From the NCBI RefSeq assembly GCF_025526975.1, contig NW_026515690.1, positions 124,001 through 188,000 on the forward strand: DNA of 64,000 bases, read 5' to 3'. Source of the DNA: Fimicolochytrium jonesii (taxonomy: Eukaryota). Of this stretch, positions 59,641 to 64,000 are shown piece by piece. Within the stretch, counting starts at the first letter, position 1; every line of letters starts with the position of its first letter. The translations under genes were made by a program, and so were the position numbers. The notes below the pieces were generated by a model, which was given only the letters and a program-made list of their open reading frames with translations, was not told where the DNA came from and ran no database searches.

Positions 59641-61154
59641 AGCGTAACTGGCCGTACATATCTTCCATGCCACACGACAGATTCAGCGTACGGCGACTTG
59701 TTTGTGGAATCGTCGTCTGACCCTAACATCCAATTTCATCGCATCATAATGTCCACCAAAGACGCTAGTGCCCTTCTCCATGATTACGAGCGGCGCGCTA
59801 CTGTCAACGCCCGAGAATCGATTTGGATTATCCGACTGGAGGTAGACCGGATCTTGGGCCAGCCTGCGGGTGAAGCTGACACTCGAACGCCGGGCGATTC
59901 AAGTTGTCAAAAGCGGATGTTTTACAATGTCAATACTGTCGTCCTCACTGAGAATTTGGAAAAGCCCGATGCTGTTGCGATGGTAGAAGGTATGTTTTGT
60001 ATTGAGAACGTATGTACATATAGGGAGAACAACGGAAAGGGATGAACGTTTCGGGAAAAGAGAAAACAAGAGTAACAAAGAAGCTAGAGTTCTGTGTGCC
60101 CCTTGCCGGACATAACATCGTGCGCGGACGGTGAATTTGTACGCACCCTAGCATGGGCGGTTGTCCGCCGGAGAGGAGCGGGGCCATGCCATTTCTGGTG
60201 TCGGAGATTGAGGTTGGCTTCCCATTGTGAAGTACGGGAATCCATCCAAACGGGCAGGGCTCTGTCGCCAGTTTCGCAGCCCGCTCCAACCAGTTCTCTC
60301 GAGGTATCGCTTGCAGCTGGTCTGTGACGTTTCCAGGAAGACAATGTACTTGATCTCTTCACGGCAATCAGTCGAAGGAGTTCCATGGCCGTGGATGCGG
60401 ACATTTTCGCGGCGTCCGCCTCAAGGCTGCCCTTGACCGTGCCAACTTCGGACCATTGCGCTCGAAGAAAGAGGAAGGAATGGAGAAAAAGGGTTACATC
60501 GGTATCAAGTTTTGAACCTTTGTACGCGAAGAAGTGCACAACCCAAGCAGAGTAAGCTGGGACTGGATACCAGGTGCGAGCAGCCAGCTCACAGTCGGAG
60601 CCCCGGAGGATGTGCGCGTGCCAAAAGCAGGCGCCATCCTCGCACGAGAGGACGGCAGATGACTGAGGCCCTCACGCCATATTTTACGCAGCTTACACGC
60701 TTGCACCTTGGAAGGCAATATGATGTATGTGCCATGGAGCAGTCACCAACGGCGCCTTCCGAGACTCGTGTCCGAGACTCGGCGATTCCCAGCCACGGAT
60801 TACATAATACGCGTCACCCGCGCGTTTTCACTCCGTCCGACTGTGGTCCCCGCTAGTCCAGGAGATGGCTACCAGGGGATTTGCAACGAGTCGGCTCGCA
60901 AGAACGAGAATGTGACGAGAAGGAAACTCGAGGCGATAACAAACTCTCTGATACATACATTCCTTCCATCACACCCGCCCCTTTTCGCACCCCTATTGCA
61001 CAACCACGTATTCTTCGAATTCAAATCACCCGCTTCCGTCACCTTCCTACCCCACTTCCTTCCAACACTCGCCCTCTTTCTCCTTTTTGCCCTCCACTAT
61101 ATACCGCAAAATACTCCCCATACCCAAAAGCTCTTACTAAAATGCTCAACCCAC

Positions 61155-62456
61155 CTACTCAAAACACTTAGCCTTTTCCCGCCTCACCATCTCCTCAAAC
61201 TCGCTCGTATCCGCCCCGTCCTCACTCTCCTCGCCCTCCTCCTCCTCACTCTCCCCATCTCCCTCCTCCTCGGGCGCCCAAAACCTCTCCAACAACTCCT
61301 TCGCCAATTCCCTCTTCGGATCCACGACTGTACGCTCATAAACCTTCATCTCCCCCTGCTCATCACACACAAACGCCAACTTCCTCCCCGTCTTCATCTC
61401 TGCCAAAACAGCTTTCAACCCCTTCATCGCCTCCTCCGCGGTCTTGGACTGCTTCTTAGCAATCTCCGTCACATGGATCTGCTCAATCGTACCAAACGTG
61501 CCCCGCTGGTGTAGACCGAGCACAAGCATTGGGGTGCCGCTCAGCAGAAGCTGCGGGTAGATCTCGTCCCAGTCCAGCGAGTCACGCTTCCATTCCGCTC
61601 GGGTCTTGATCTCCATCAACTTCCACGCTTCCACAACCGGAGGGCCGGTTTTGATGTAGCTTAACTGCGAGGGCGGGTTGGAAAAGGCGGTGAGGTTAAC
61701 GGAGAGGTCTTCGAACCGCAACGTGAGGTCCTCAACGGCGGCGGGGCCGGGCGGGGCGTCCATGGCGTCGATGTGGGAGCGGACGAGCATTGCCAGATTC
61801 CCAAAGTCGTAGCTGACGATGCGGTGGTGGGCGGCCGAGGCTTTGCATCCGGGGGGGGTAGGTTGTGCACCTCTTTGCGAAATTGTGGCCGAAGCCTCTG
61901 AACCTGGCCTCCAGATCCACGTCCCGCTCCTCACGCCTCGTCAGGAGCACCGTGCCCTTGCCCGCCAGCTCCGCGTCTATTCGGAATGGTGTGAGGTCGT
62001 GCGCGCGCGAGAGCCAGCGGAGGAGTTTACGCAGGTTGTTGCGGTCGGTTACGATGTCGACCTGATGGAGGGGATAGGTTGGGGATGTGAGCTGGAGGGC
62101 GCGGAGGAGGGGTTCGAAGGCCGACGAGGGGGATTTGGCGCCGTTGAGGTTGATGTATTCCGGGTCGGTGTCGTCGCCGACGGTGAAGGGGAGCTGGGTG
62201 GGTTTCCAGTGGGGAGGCGAGCCTGAGGCAACGAAGGGGTGTGAATGAGACTGCGTCGTATTTGTTTCACACCTCGGAGGATTTTCGGCGTACCTGGAAC
62301 GATGATTACGGGATTCTTCCCCTCCTTCCAATTGTACGACGCGACAGCCTTCATTCCTGAGATCTTTGGAACGGGGCCGGGGCGGGGCTCCGGGATCGAG
62401 AGCCGGTCAAGCAGTGCGCCTTGGCCGCCGTTCATCTCTGCGGTTCTAGTAGGCAT
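61155..62456 (-). CDS. RAI1/DXO-like PD-(D/E)xK-fold protein; apparent +1 frameshift in a G8 run (61851-61858)
   Basis: VASYNW, IIVPG-SPPHW, DIVTDRNNLRKLL, FRID, GFGHNF, HHRIVSYDFG.L.MLVR..ID, MEIKTR, IYPQLLLSGT...GLH..G.F. Intron ~62226-62293. Confidence 0.7.
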
Positions 62457-62983
62457 GATTGAGATGTTGTTTGAGATGTATATTTGTTTCTGTCTGGGTA
62501 GTGGTGGGTTCCAGAAACCTTGAGCATAGAGGGATGCAAGGGAGGAGGTTCACCAGCCACGGCCACTTCTTATGAGCTGTCTTAGACTGACACCCCTAAT
62601 ACCAGAATGTGGAGAGAGACCTTCACCTGTGCAACTTTCAGAGCCCGTTCACATGTGCTTCGACTCGGAGAGGGATGCCGTTTTGACAGCTCCTGACAGT
62701 ATGACTGTATGCCGTCAAATTCAACCCCTTCCAAAAACTCCCCCAATCCGGGTATTGTCGGAACATCGCAGTACGCTGCAGCAGAAAAGGACCATTTTAT
62801 CCATCCCGGGACCGAAAGTTTGTATTCACTCTTCACACCCATTCAAGATTTTCCAAAATGTACAGCAGGGTACAAAGACATGCATCAAAACGCCGAAACC
62901 CAGGCCATCACATGTCAATCGGGGACCCGCCTAAAATACTCCTCCCCGCACCGCACCACCATCACACCGTATATGACCCCCCC

Positions 62984-64000
62984 TCAAACAACACCCCCGC
63001 TCTCCCCCCCACCCAGCTCCGTCCCCTTCGTCTCCGGCACCGCCCACCACGTCACCACCGCGCCCAAAAACATCGCGCCTGCCAGCACTCCGATCGTCCC
63101 GTTGACCCCGATCGCAGCCGTCACGGGCGTGAACCCATAACTCGCGATGAACGCGCCAACTGCCCAAAACAAGAAGAGACCAATCAATCAATGATCGATA
63201 AATGATGTACCAAAAGGGGATGACGTTACTTTTGCCACACGCGGCGGAGATGCCGTGGGCAGTCGCCCTCCACTCGGTCGGGAAACATTCCCCGGGTACG
63301 ATGAACGTCGTGACGTTGGGCCCGAAGTTGATGAAGAATTGGGCGAGTGTGTAGAGGACGATGAAGAGGGTTGTGGAGGTGGCGAGGATCTGATGGTAGA
63401 AGATGGCTATTATCGCCTGTTTGGGGGGGTGTGGTGTGTTAGTCGGTGGGTGAGGGGGAGCGAGGGGGAGAAAAGGGGACGACGCTTACGTAGAAGACGG
63501 TCAGAGCGCTGAACCCGATCAACTGCAACCTCCTCCGGCCGATTTTATCTATCGTAGCCGCCGCGACGAAGTAGCCCGGCACTGTAGAAAAACAGGCGTG
63601 GATTAGGTGTGTCTTGTCTATCCGGTAGGGGGTATGAAGAGAGGGACCGTACGATTCCCCAGGAGGGCGATGATGAGGTTCCCCAACACGATCTTGAGCA
63701 TAGAATCATACACATTATCCCCGGACGCGAACCCGATCTTGGACAGGATGATGCTGTTGTTGAGGCCGAGGCCGTAGAGGGCCACATCAATCAAAAACTG
63801 TATAGCGGAAAAAAAAACACACCACGCGCGGGTTAGGAATCCAGGTAGATCTGCCAGGACATACGGAGAACAGGGAAAGCATACCCAACTCGCACTCGTC
63901 CCAAATAACAACTTCGCATTCCTCCACACCCCAAAAAACCGTTTGAGATTCGCCCAGGAGTGGTCATACTTCTTCGGGGTCTCGACCACCTCCGTCGCCG
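62984..64000 (-). CDS. MFS phosphate:H+ symporter (PHO84-like), 3' part, multi-exon, runs off window end
   Basis: [82 protein letters not shown]. Confidence 0.9.

Noticed and set aside
60708..61514. 268-aa Leu-rich plus-strand ORF
   Set aside because: Largely antisense to the purine-rich 3' end of the DXO-like gene; no motifs.

Overview
Intron-rich eukaryotic DNA, most likely from an early-diverging (chytrid-like) fungus. This is an inference from short GT-AG introns, an intron-containing type III glutamine synthetase, an M36 fungalysin, a trypsin and Crinkler-type REase relics. 1-11 kb: secreted-protease/accessory genes (DUF3293-like end, membrane protein, trypsin, fungalysin, questin-oxidase/AflY-like). 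11-44 kb: dense housekeeping block (WHIM/WSD chromatin factor, SCOC/Slo1-like, RPS29, NDUFA9, SYS1, F-box/JmjC, GSIII, FAM32A, arylamine NAT, OST3/6, G-patch/R3H SQS1-like, SPF27), interrupted at 21-26 kb by a decayed island holding a PD-(D/E)xK nuclease pseudogene apparently split by a 1.7-kb inversion. 45-64 kb: Ulp1-like protease, FIT/SCS3, AIF-like oxidoreductase, an LTR element, a kinase, a captured THOC3 fragment, a RAI1/DXO-like gene and a PHO84-like transporter. Most notable: (i) two unrelated genes carry homologous ~290-nt introns built from GAGC repeats and GNA-triloop mini-hairpins (candidate introner or ssDNA-type mobile element); (ii) a young chromovirus-type LTR element with identical LTRs and intact Gag + integrase but no recognisable protease or RT; (iii) a C-rich to G-rich compositional polarity that resets exon by exon in the accessory genes. 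Exon boundaries were read by eye and no database searches were run.
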